Origin: Chara braunii
Lineage: Eukaryota; Plantae; Charophyceae
Direction of reading: 5' to 3'
DNA: 63,128 bases
NCBI GenBank assembly: GCA_003427395.1
Contig: BFEA01000018.1
Location: 4,237,086 to 4,300,213 of the forward strand
Part shown: piece after piece, positions 36,990 through 48,992 of the stretch
Numbering within the stretch: the first letter of the stretch is position 1
How the letters are laid out: each line of letters starts with the position of its first letter
Position numbers and translations under genes: made by a program
Notes under the pieces: model-generated
The model's database searches: none
Told to the model about the DNA's origin: nothing
The model's input: the letters and a program-made list of their open reading frames with translations, nothing else

Positions 36990-39900
36990 ATCAGAGGCGA
37001 TTTGTCATCCGTAGGCTTTAACAACTTGGGGTGCGTTGCGCAAGAGTTCCTTCTTGGAGATCCAGCAGGGATCGTCCAATGGGTGATACATGAAGTGAAC
37101 CTGGTACTGTCTGTTACGCCCTTCCCCATATGCTGTTTGATTCTTTCGATCTCATGACCGTCATCGATTGCACGAGGAATCATGTCTTCACCATAATTGA
37201 AGGTCTTAGCATAACGGTGGATATACAGTTTTGATGCATGAAAGATGGGGTATCTGCGCGGATGAGGTGGCACAACAACGGTGTATGAGGGGCCAAACCC
37301 ATCCTTGCCAATCACATCTAGAACTTTCCACAGACCATAATAGAGCGGAAGAAGTTTGCGTGAGACACCCTCTTCTTCTGAGAATTTAGACATCTTGACC
37401 CAGACATAACCTCCTTCTTTGATATCCGAAAGTCGGCGCTTCTTGTTTGGATGATGGATCATTGCGTGATTTCGCTTGGTTCTTGCTGCGATGGCAACTG
37501 TGAGCAAGTGATCGTACTTGGCCCTGAAGCCAGACCTGTCAGGTGTTAAATCAGCGTTGTTCAAGGAAGAGGTAGGATAGGCTGTTTGGCGTGATGCCGG
37601 TGAAAGAATGAATGAAGTTGTTGTACAACCTCTTGACGGAATACAACTCTTCATCCCACGTTTCCTGATCCGGAAGAAGTTGGAACATAGTCTGGATGAT
37701 CTCCTCAGACAAACTGTTGCCTTTGGGATGTCGGCCAGATGTCATGCATTGTTCGAGGCCAGGGAGTTGGGGTGTGAAGTCCTTCCATTCGGTATTTATG
37801 AAGCGCGGGTCCCGATCACTCACAAGAGTTTTCAGGGTCCGAAACTGCAGAATATACTTCTGTTCGAATTCACGGATCACGAATTCAGTTGGGGCATGAG
37901 ATGGTAAAGGAATCAGATTCGGAAATTTAGAAAAGCGGTCAACAATCATCATGACTTGCAAATAGCCGTTCTTACTTACCTTTCCCATGTCAGTGAAGTC
38001 GATGGAGACTTACTCCCCGGGTCAATTAGGAATGAGAAGGAATGTGAGCAGCTTCATGGACTTTTGTCTACATGGTTTGATTTGTTGACAGACTTGACAC
38101 TCAACCACAAACTTTTCTGATCCCTTCATATCAGGTCGATCAAACTATCTTAATAGGTTTCTGTACGTCTTTGTTATGCCGAAGTGGCCACTCTGGCCAT
38201 GAGCCAAATCCAAGGACTGCGTCCGGAGAGGCTCATGATTAGGAACGTACAAACAGTCGTGATTCCCATAGCGTCGGAAAATCAGTCCTTCGAATCCGCA
38301 AAAATCAGGTTGACTGTTGGGGTCAGCCTGCAACTGCCCAAGGACGGGATTAAAATCCGCGTCATTGGCAGTGTGTTCTATAATCACCTTCTTCAGATTT
38401 TTACGGAGGTCGTAGGAATTCACAAGGCAAGTTATGTACTTTGGGTGGCGAGACAACACATCAACAACTCTATTATGATAGCCCTTCTTATGTCTTAGTT
38501 CGAAATAAAAGATGTCAATCTCATGAAGCCAATGCAGTAACGTAAAGGACAGGGTGTTTTGCTCCTTGATCCACTTTAAGGTCTCATGATCTAAGAACAC
38601 TTTGAAGTGGCATCCCAAAAGATAGTGCTTCCAGTGATCTAAAGCCATACGCAAAGCATAGAGCTCGCGCATGTAGATGGAAGTAGCTACCTTTTCGTTG
38701 GGCATGCATTTGTTGTTGTATTCGAGCGGCCGTAAACTATCGTCGTCATCTTGTTGCAGCACTGCGCAAATCTCATATTGGTTACCATCTGTAGGGACTA
38801 CAAATGTTAGTTTGAAATCTGCAATGCGTAGTATAGGTTAACTTACCAAGGTCTCTTTCAAGGCTTGAAATGCGGTCTCACATGTTGCATTTCATGCGTA
38901 AGACACATTCTTACTTGTTAGTCGGGACAACGGGCGAGCAACAATACAAAATTGGGGCACAAACTTTCGATAGTACGATGCGAGACCATGGAAAGAACAT
39001 AGTTCACGAATGTTCATGGGTTGAGGCCAGTCGCGTATGACCTCAACCTTGGTTGCTTCAGACTCGAGGCTTGCAACAGACAACCGATGCCCAATATAGA
39101 TGATGTTACCCCTCCCGATCTCAAATTTCTCTTAAGTTGAAATGAAAATGTGTTTTCTTGAGGATGGTGGACACTTCCCGAAGGTGCTTCATGTGTTCCT
39201 CGATAGATTTACTGAAGAACAGAATATCATCAAGATACACTACCACAAATCAACCAATGTGTTCGGGGAGGACCTTGTCCATGAGGCTTTGAAAGGTGGC
39301 TGGTGCGTTCGTGAGGCCTAAGGGCATTACGGTAAATTCGTAAAGTCCATCGCATGTCTTGAACACAGACTTGTGTTGGTTCGCAAGATCGACTTCAATA
39401 AGGTGGTAGCCAAACTTGATATCGATCTTGGAGAAGACTTTGCACCCATCAGCAGCATCAAACAAGTCATTTGTGCGTGACGATGGATGTGCATTCTTTC
39501 GGGTGATGCGTTTTAGACCGTGATAATCGATACACATACGAAGTTTGCCTCCTTTCTTAGGGACAAACAAAACAGGTGCACCAAATTCAGATTTGCTAGG
39601 TTTGATCCAACCCTTGTTGATCATTTCGTCAATCTGTTTTCGGAGTCTCCCAACTCGTCGGATCCCATTCGGTACACACAACCCTTATGAGGAACAACAC
39701 CTTCGACCAACTCGATTGTGTGTCAGATCGATCGCGTGGGGACTCCACGTGGTTCGGCCAAAACTTCTGGAAACCGGTCAAGTAGGTCTTAGATGCTTGT
39801 TGGGACTGGTGGGGGCGAAGGATCAACAAACGTTCCATTGAGCATCTTTGACCATGAAAAGTGACTCCTTCCACTTGGTCCATCCGCATTGGGACTGCAG

Positions 39901-41955
39901 CCAGCCTAAGCCAAGGACAGTGTCGAAAAGACACTAGTCAAGGACGCAGAAGTGCAGTACATGGGTGATTGTCTTGTCCTTGTTAAAGGCAATTCGCACA
40001 CCTTTAACTACATGCGCAGATTAAACAACTTCTTTGTGCGTACTTGAGTTCGGCAAGGGTTCTGCAAAGCTACTTGTTTCATACCCATGCCCACTTTGCG
40101 TATCCCGTGTGGTGACATAAAGTTAGTTATTGGACCACAATCAATCAAGATACGGAGATAGCGGTGGTTTATGACAAGCTTGAAGAAAATTAACTTTATT
40201 GTCCCTTGAGCACACTGATGTTTCTTCTCAGCCCAGTGCTCCCAGTGATAGTGGAAGTCAACCGTCTCAGAGTCCTCCCAAGGCTTAACATACAAAGCAT
40301 GATAAACTTTAGCCTTGGAATCAGCAGATGGCGGGGCTTCAAGAGACGACTGCAGAACTGCATCAAATGAAGTTTCCCTTGCCGTAAAGGGTGTTGATGC
40401 GAACTCTACGCCCGATTCTGGTTTCTTGAAAGCCTATAACAATCTTGTACCTTATGGTTCGTTTTCAAGCATTGCAAGGAACCTCCCTTATTTATTCTAG
40501 CCTTATTCAACCTTACTGATCCAGAGGTTCACCCAAGGTATAGTAGTTGCATCCTCCGGTTTAGCAGGGATTTTGACTCCCTTTGGAAGTGCAACGAAGC
40601 TCCTTATTGAATTCCTGTTCTGGTTTCCCTTCCCATGGACAGTCTTTTTAAAGACATAAAATTTATCATAATCATTATTCATATCAGAGTCTTGAGTTGA
40701 AAAGCAGGCTGTATCAGCGTTCTGCTCTTGGTCGTCGCCAAGAGTGGGGTCGTCTGCTTCGGCCTCCCCTTCCCTTTCCAGGAAGTCTAGCGGAGCTAAG
40801 TGATTGCTGCCACGAAATTGCCCGCGAACAAAGGTCTTTTTGCTGCTTGTTGCGGTAAGGAGGTCTCCTGCTTCCAGACTGACTACGTCCTTCATTAAGG
40901 AGAACCAGTCAGTGTAACTGAAGAAATCCCGGCCTAGACGATTGGTTAAATGAGTGAGAACCGTACCTTTAACTACATCCAAGCTCCAATCCTGGCATTG
41001 CAAAGAGCTTGCTGACATGCAATTGCAATTCATGCACAGTGCCCTGCCACTTGCTGCGCTTGAGTTCGTGAAGTTGTATCCTTACTTTGGCAGCAACATG
41101 CGGGTCCTTATATTGCTCTATGAGTATGTCCTCGAGAATGGTGACTTTCGTGATTTTAAGCCACTCAGATAGGTTGATCTTTGCGTACCCAACTTGCATG
41201 GCTTGGACTTCAAGGAAGCCACGACAGACTCAATGTTTGTCCCGAATATCAAGGATTGATTCACTCTTTGAGTTCCCTGTACTTCAAAGTACGCTCTTAT
41301 GGAGCTGATCCATGACTCAACGTCCTCCTTGCCGTCAAACCTGAACGATATCATTGTCGTTTTTCAGTCCGTGTATGGTTCACCATAGCAAGGTTCAACT
41401 ATTGCTGTTGGATCCGATCCCAGGGCTGCGGGAGTTGCAAAACTTACAGCGCCGCCGCTTGTAACGACAGTGGGAACTGCACCCGTTGCTGGTCCTGACC
41501 GAATCACCAAAGTCAATGAAAAACACTGAGAAGAAGGAGAGGAATAGAGGGGTGCAAAAAAAAAAACTTGTAGTTTGGGTCTGATGCATGCTTGTCATTG
41601 GCGGCAGCCGATCGCGATGCTCTCTGGCCATTTCAACCATTTGAGTACGCATCTGGCTCATCTCCTCGAGTAGTTGAGATTTCACACTCGGGAGCTCGTC
41701 GAGCAAATGGTAGTTCACTAGCGCACGTACATACACAACCAAATCTCTTTTAAAGTCTGCATCAGACACATTCGAAACTGTTTTGAGAATAACCTCAAGG
41801 GCCTCATACAACGGTTTATCGGCCTCAACCGCTACATCCATGCGACCCTTCAACATATCGCAAAGTTCGGCTGGTATCATGTTGAAACTATTAGGTATTT
41901 CTGTTGCCATGACTTCTCTCGCTCTTCTCTCTTGTCCACGCGTCTCAACGGACAT
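36990..41955 (-). pseudogene. gag-pol polyprotein remnant
   Basis: gag FRFDGKEDVESWI; protease ILIDCG; RT APVLFVPKKGGKLRMCIDY, MPLGLTNAPATFQ, VVYLDDIL; RNase H RELYALRMALDHWKHYL; integrase VDRFSK, SDRDPRF; GPY/F-like KLLPLYYG, IFHASKL; chromodomain-like QYQVHF...DDPCWI. Confidence 0.93.
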
Positions 41956-43262
41956 GTAGTGGACTTCAGGAAAAAAAAAACGAACTGAAAGTACAGAGAA
42001 GAAGATAGAACTCTTAGCTGAAACGACAAATATTTGGATTAGAGAGCAACCAATGAAAACAAATCAAAGAATACAATTCGTTCAGAAGAGAGTTCTAATT
42101 CAATGTCCAAGTCTGGTCAGACCAAGTTCCCCTTGAGCCTAATTCAATTGGCACCGTCAAAGTGCAGCAAACCAGACTACAAGTAACATTACACAACAAA
42201 GGAGAATTGAGTGGTGTATAAGGTGCAGGTCAAGCATTGGATTGTGTGCCATCAGTCTGACGAAGCATCTCAGTCGAGATCCTCTCAGCAGCGAGGGCTC
42301 TAATAAAAAAGAAGAATACTGTATCCCAAACAAAACAGAGAGCGACATTGGGTTAATAGATTTGGGTCCAAGGGGCCCCTCTTGTTTGGGCCCGGTCCCA
42401 CAATGTTCCAATGGGTCCCAAGTAGGTCGCGACCAAGTCCCAACCAAGGAGAGTACCTCAAGGTCATACTTTCTGCCTCTACCGTACTGAAAAACAAATT
42501 TCAACTTCAAGAGTGTACCTACATATGAAAAGATAAAGCAATGTAGAAAGATGTGGCTTTCAAAGTAGATACTTCATTTCCACATCCACTCGGTTAGTAA
42601 GTAGTTCACACACCAATGCACACAACCAAGACTTTAGAGGAGTAGGAAAGAGACTCAGAAGTACCCCAGCAGGACAAACAATACCATGCACACATACAGG
42701 GGCAACCCTTAGGTGCACTGCACTTACTTGAGTGGCTCGGACTCTGAGATGAAGTATAACTCACCCCCCTTCCTCATGTGGTCTTCATAACCCTACTCGC
42801 TACGTCTACACTAGTGTCCTATCATGTAGGAGCGTCTCACTTCCAACACCAATGTGCAACGCCGGATCCCCTGCTGATGCTAAAGAATAAAGTAGTAACT
42901 TGCAGTCCTTAGATGTGGAATGGCCACCTCCCTCAGGATCGCCGACTTGAGGGAGGCCCTGAAGTTACCAAGTGTCTCCCTTTGGTCAGATTCCAAGTGC
43001 GAGTGCCTCTCACTGTCGCCTCCGAGTCTCTCAACTTGTCGCATGAAATCCTCTTGATGTGTCTCGCCACCACATACTTCTCTCAAACAACCTGGTCAAG
43101 TCCTATGCCGACCCAGCATAACCTAACCCAGTGGGGGCAACTTCCGTAAGCCACGCTGCCCCACTTCCCACTTCGGACCAACCCTAACTCTAAGTTGTTA
43201 GCCCTTACAACTTAGGTTAGGGTTAGGGTGGATTAGTCAACTCTTACCAGCAAGTATAATCC

Positions 43263-43274
43263 GCTCTGATACCA
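43263..43274 (-). promoter_or_regulatory. Primer-binding site (initiator tRNA-Met)
   Basis: Minus strand TGGTATCAGAGC, 1 nt inside the 5' LTR boundary. Confidence 0.95.
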
Positions 43275-43275
43275 A

Positions 43276-44578
43276 TGTTATGATCCTGGCCAATTTTGAG
43301 ATACCCATTCATCAAATACTACAATGTCGTCCAATTGCAGAAAAAAGAAATGAATGAACTTGAAAGGAGAGAGAGGGTAAGAAGAAGAAGAAGAAGAAAT
43401 AAAGAAGAAGAAGATGATGTACACGAACGTAGACAAATGATAAAGCTCTTCTTCTTCTTCAAATACTCTCCTCCTCCTTTACTACTCCTCTCTTATTCAG
43501 AAAAGAAATAATAGTATAATGTTGAATGGCTGAACTAAAATCAATGTATGAATCCCTCTTTTACTGCATGTATCATTTAAGGTCCACCATAGCCATGACT
43601 GTCTCCCTCACTCTTCACTCTCATAGGTCGAGCCTATGGCGGACTACTGGGCCTTGCCTTGATGCCTAAAGGACAACCCAAAGCAGCTATGGCTGCTCTA
43701 ACTCTGACCGCCATGCCTGACTTTGCCTCAAAGCTTCTTGGTGTAGCCACTCCGACCAGGGTCTTCTTGCTGCAGCGCCCACCAACGTGATGAAGATGGC
43801 TGCCACCATAGCCAGGTAAGTACCTCTAGCGCTCCCCCTTCCTCCTTCTCTTCTTCCTCCTTCGTGTCCTTGTTCTTTCCCTAGCAGCGCTGCTCTTGCG
43901 AGCGTTGCTCCAACCAGCACTCCAACCAGTGTGTCGCCAAACTTGTACACCGACAATGAGGTTGGGCTCTTCGCCTGACCTGGAGGAGATATAGCGGCCT
44001 GCTTGCCTCTCGGGAGGTGACTTCCAAGCCGCTCGGCCTTCCAAGCAACCGGTACCTCCTCCCTTCCGGAGGGAAACATCATTGCAGACTCTGATATTAC
44101 CCGTATAGGCCCTAGACTCAGACTGGTTGGACTGCTTCCCGCCTAGGCCTAGCCTACAACTACTGGAACTCTAAAAATGCACACTTTTGTTTTTGTCTGC
44201 TTGGCCTTCAGCACCCGAAACATCTACCTTTTCAGGGTGTGGTACTGCCCTACCTGCTACTTGAGTGTTTCCCCGCTGCTTCAAGCGTTGCAGACCTCTT
44301 CGCCCGCCACTTGAGTGTTTGCCCCGCCACAAACCTCAATGTCACGGCCACAGGTAAGTACCGTCCCTGAGGGCCCAGCGAACGAACAAGTGCCCTTGCG
44401 GGTCACACACACACTCAAGCCAACTAGTACTCAGATAGTCATGCAGACCAGCAAGCGTGCACACACACAGACATGCAGAACTTAGTAGCAAGCAGGAAAC
44501 TCAACAAGGCATTTAGTCCATGAGCAAAACTTATAAATCAACTGTGTGTCTGAGTCCTTGTTTGGTTGGGTCATCACA
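43276..44578 (-). repeat. 5' LTR
   Basis: tgttatgatcc...tcatcaca with TG...CA termini. Confidence 0.95.
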
Positions 44579-45650
44579 CGGTGCAAGATCATTCAAAAAT
44601 TTGTGAACAGTTGCTGGTGATGTGCACCCACTGTTCCAAACTGCGTGCAAAGCGCAAGGTTTAACTCCAATCCTGTTTTTACTGACCCTGAATTTCATTG
44701 TGCACCGACAACACACAATTTGATGATTTTTTTTGGATGCCATTTTCACGTCATCGTCGTCGATGATACATGATATTTTTGTCCATATCCTTCTACACTG
44801 CGATCCGGCATACCCTAACGAACTTTTCGACACTCATTCAGACTACATGATTGACGACTTTGATAGAGATCTCGTTGTAGTACGTCTCACATGACCTCCT
44901 TAACATCGAAGACCGTTTCCAAAAAGAAGGAAAATAACTTGGAGATAGGTTGTTTGAAGCAACTCGCCTCACAGAAAGACCACGTCCATAAGGAATTCTC
45001 AGGCTAGTAGATGATGAAATATTAACAAACAAAGAAGAATTGCGACATACGCTGATACAAACCTCCCGATGCTGACACCATCACAACATGCAATATTTTG
45101 TGTCGTTAACGTCGCAGAAAATGCCAAACCCCTTTGTCTACTTGTTGATACACCTGCAGGCTGCAGGAACAGGCAAGACATTTTGCTTCAATACCATACT
45201 TGCACACATACATATACGAGATCAGATTGCACTATTTATCACATTTAGCGGCATTAGGACCACTCTCTTAAATGGCGACCGAACTCCATTATTGCTTTAA
45301 GCCACCTGTAAAGCTCGCTCAAACATTGACTCTTGATATTCCCAAACAAAGTGTGTTGGCGCAACTCATAATGGCTTCTGTCATCCTCTTGGACGAAACA
45401 CCTATGATACACAAATACCATATTGAAACACTTAATAAAACTTCACAAAATCTCTGCTCTTTCAACTAACCATTTGGAGGAAAATTTGTCGTTCTTGCAG
45501 GTGACGTCCAACCAATCCTCCTTGTAATCACGAAGAGGACACGCGCGAAGACAATTGATGCATGCATGAAGTCTTCTACATCGTGGCATTACTTTGCAAC
45601 AATGCACATCTTCGAGAACATGCACATTCTCACTCAAAGCATCACCGGTG
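44579..45650 (+). mobile_element. Helitron Rep/helicase pseudogene, 3' part (PIF1-like helicase)
   Basis: Reading resumes GARSFKNL*TVAGDVHPLFQTACKAQGL; Walker A AGTGKTF; Walker B VILLDE; PFGGKFVVLAGD. Confidence 0.88.
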
Positions 45651-46509
45651 AAGCACATGATTACATTGAATGATCGCTCTGCCTTGACAACGACGAACTT
45701 TCACATTCGCATAATGCATCAGCCAACTTTGTTGACCTCCCGTCTCACCTTTGCCTTCATGGGGGACTGCAAGAAATGCCAACAACCTCACTGCATACTC
45801 CTTCGACTTTGACTCCCGCTCAAATTTTAACGATTCCACCTACATCCGAATCTTCACCACGTACATATCCACCTTCATCATATACCACTACCATTGAGCC
45901 TTCCATTCCCAGTCAAACCACCTCGCCTTCATCTTCTCACTGAATTGATCCTTCTTCTCTCGAACGCCACGGTTTGGATGACCTTGCTTTCAGTCGACTT
46001 GAGATTCCGACATTTGTTGCAATCATTACAATTGACACTATCACAACACCCTCCCTCGATGACACCCTTCCTCAATCGCACTACTAATCACAAAATACGC
46101 TGCAAAAGAAAATCATGATGAGTACAATAAATGAGATGGATGACATCACGTCCTCCGTGCTCACATACTATCAATCACATCATTGATAAGATTCTTTGGG
46201 AAGACTTCCTTCTCATGGATCATGCAACTTTCTCCCCCTCTCTCTACACCTTCTTTGCTTCATATAAGCACAATGGCGAGCAACAACTCAATCGCCCTCC
46301 ACCTGACCCTTCCGTGAGAACAACATTCACCCAATTCAGAATATTGCTCTTAAAACTTTTCCAACGTGATCAGTACCGTTCCACATGTTCCCATACAGGC
46401 CTCGCCAAGTACAAACATGATCGCATCATTGATGCCTACCACAATACGCCATCACTTCTGCAAGTGCCCCCCCCCCCCCCCCTCTCCCCTCCCCCCTCCA
46501 TCTCCTGGC

Positions 46510-46806
46510 TGTCCAGAAAACATACCCTCGTTGGTGGCACCCCCTCCAACCGTGGGGATGTACATATGCAACAACACTGATCCACGTGTCACACAACCTA
46601 AAATTCTCGTACCAATAGGCAAACCATTATTGATTAAAACAACAACATTTCTATCAAATTGTAAATAACCTCCATTTTTTCGGTATTTGGTGGCTTTTTT
46701 TGTTTCCACTACAATAGCTTTAAGCACATTGTCCAGAAAACATACCCTCGTTGGTGGCACCCCCTCCAAACGTGGGGATGTACATATGCAACAACACTGA
46801 TCCACG
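46510..46806. repeat. 77-bp direct repeats (46510-46586 and 46730-46806) flanking an insert
   Basis: tgtccagaaaacataccctcg...acactgatccacg occurs twice with one mismatch. Confidence 0.95.
46587..46729 (-). pseudogene. rpl14: Organellar (probably mitochondrial) ribosomal protein L14 gene fragment
   Basis: AT-rich insert translating [11 protein letters not shown]...[31 protein letters not shown], matching the uL14 C-terminal signature. Confidence 0.88.
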
Positions 46807-48992
46807 ACATACTCGCTTCTCGCCACACGCTTGCGATGTAGAACATCCCACATACCCCAGGAGCCTGGGAATATCTCAGTTACCTCATTGTCGTTCATCA
46901 CCGTGAGGCACAACGTCAACGACCTCCCTTCCACATCTACAGAGCTGATGTCGTTCGCAAAACTCTCTCCTTTCGCCATGCTCCAAGCTCGTCTGACCGT
47001 CCAAGATGAAGACCGACGAACGACCAAGCCACGAGGACAAAGTCAGGGACATCGGACAACGACCAAGGCGGTTATCAATAGAAAATTGCAAGCACCAAAA
47101 GGCAGACACAAACTGTGTCATGTGTTGCCTGCCCATTTCTCTTATTTCTTTCCTCCCTCCCTCACCTCCTATACATTTTTTTTTTCCTTTCCTTTTCCCC
47201 CTTCCAACGCATGCTGCATACAAGGAAGCACAAGAGACACTTGGCAATTGCCTCCGCATTTCTCTGTTTTACTTTGCATGGATTCCCATCACATTCGGTC
47301 AAAGGTCTGCTTTTGGATTTCTGAACCCTTCCCTCTCTGCAACTTCTCTTCGAGGAAACATCTTGTGTTATGGTTGTACCTATCTCTCTACATTCATGTT
47401 TCTCCTTTGCAAATTCCTGTGAAGTTCTCAATTGAACATACTCTGTTTGTCCTTTGTTTGTCACGCATTGCTCCTTCACCGCGGCGGGCGGAGCCACAGT
47501 GGGTTATCTTGTCACTTGAAAGGAAACAGAGGTCGGGACCCTCTACACTACCACATAGACTTTGCCCTTACAATGGAGAGTTTCTCGCTGACTGTGCCAG
47601 AGGTATTTGGTTTCTCATAATTACTCTTTCAAAAAATAAGAAGGAAAGCTTTTTAGTAGCATGGTCTATCATGGTGTGGGCGTCAGTAGTGGGGTTGCGG
47701 GGTGTATGGGTTGGCTTGCCCCACAACAGGAACAAAGGGTCACAAAACAGTATCGTTGTTCCTCTTGACACAGTCAGTCAGATATGGAACAAAGGTCTGG
47801 TAGCGAATGCATAGTTAGATCTGGTGTCTTGAAGAAAGATTGACGAGGGAGATTCTCTAGTATACTCACTCGCAGAACAACTGACACCTCAAACCACCAG
47901 TACCTTTCCCCACTTGAAAAAAAAATATGCGGTTGTTAACAAGGGGGGTCGCGCAAACAAATGCCCAGTCGCGGTTGGAGGACCGGCCAGAATATACAAA
48001 CCAGACAAAAAAAAAAAAAACTATCTGTAGGAGATTCCACACAGAAAAAAAAAGAAAAACAACGAAATAGAACGAAAAGATTCACTGCACCATCAGCCTG
48101 GGTCAGACGCCGAAGTGGAACCCGGGCAGAGCAACCGATCTCTGCCATAGTTGGAGAAGTAGGAGGTGAGGGAGGGAGGGAAAGGAGTAGCATAGTAGGT
48201 AGATGTACCATAATACAATAGGGGGAAAGTATAGGGGAGCTGGAAGTAGGTTAGAGCGAATAGGATAGTGAGCAAAAATAGGGAAGCTGGAAGTAGGTGA
48301 AGGGGGTAGGCAGCGGGGCATTGGGGGGGGGAGGGAGGGGTTAAGGAGGGAAGAAAAACATAAAATATTCTAAAAAGGTTGTAAATAGACAGGCTGGGAA
48401 CTTAGGAGATCACTCGAGAGAGTAGTTCGAAAGTTTCCTGTATGAATAAGATGTGGTGGAAGTAAGTGGTTAAGTGACCTATGGTGGGAGTATGGGGTGC
48501 AGTGGTAAGGACGGTGAAGTGAGGAAGTATGAGAGTAATTGGGAAGTAAGATAAAGTAAGTACGAACGTGATGCTGGAAACATGGGGGCTTAAAATGGTA
48601 GGGCTGGAAACCAGGGATAAAAGGATATTAGGACAATATAAGGCTCAAACAGGTATAAATGGGGAGGATAAGGCTTAGGTAGAAGAAAGGGTAATAAGGG
48701 TTGGATTAGATGGTGCATGAGATAGTGACAGGTAAACATAGGTGTTATGTGGCCTGAGGAGGTGCTAGGAGAACCCCCCCCCCTTGCGCCCTGCTTTCCG
48801 GGATGTTGCCCTGCTGTGTGACTGGGTGCGGACCAGCAGGGCAACCCCCTCCCTTCCTCAGGGATTGGGGGGAGGGACGCCCTGTAGCAGGTCCCCCCTT
48901 GTAGGCGGCTAGGGCCGCAAGGGATAGGTTGACTTTTTCACTCGTATTCTCCCCCTTCTTCTCTTGGATGTACAAATGTGTTTGCCGATGAT

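Larger units (their letters stand above)
35615..44578 (-). mobile_element. Ty3/Gypsy LTR retrotransposon (chromovirus type), full structure, coding region decayed
   Basis: Two LTRs, PBS, PPT, TSD tggtg (35610-35614) / cggtg (44579-44583); domain order gag-PR-RT-RNaseH-INT-chromodomain. Confidence 0.96.

Noticed and set aside
46831-47814. 327-aa ORF
   Set aside because: No recognisable motifs over most of its length; composition reflects T/C-rich non-coding DNA
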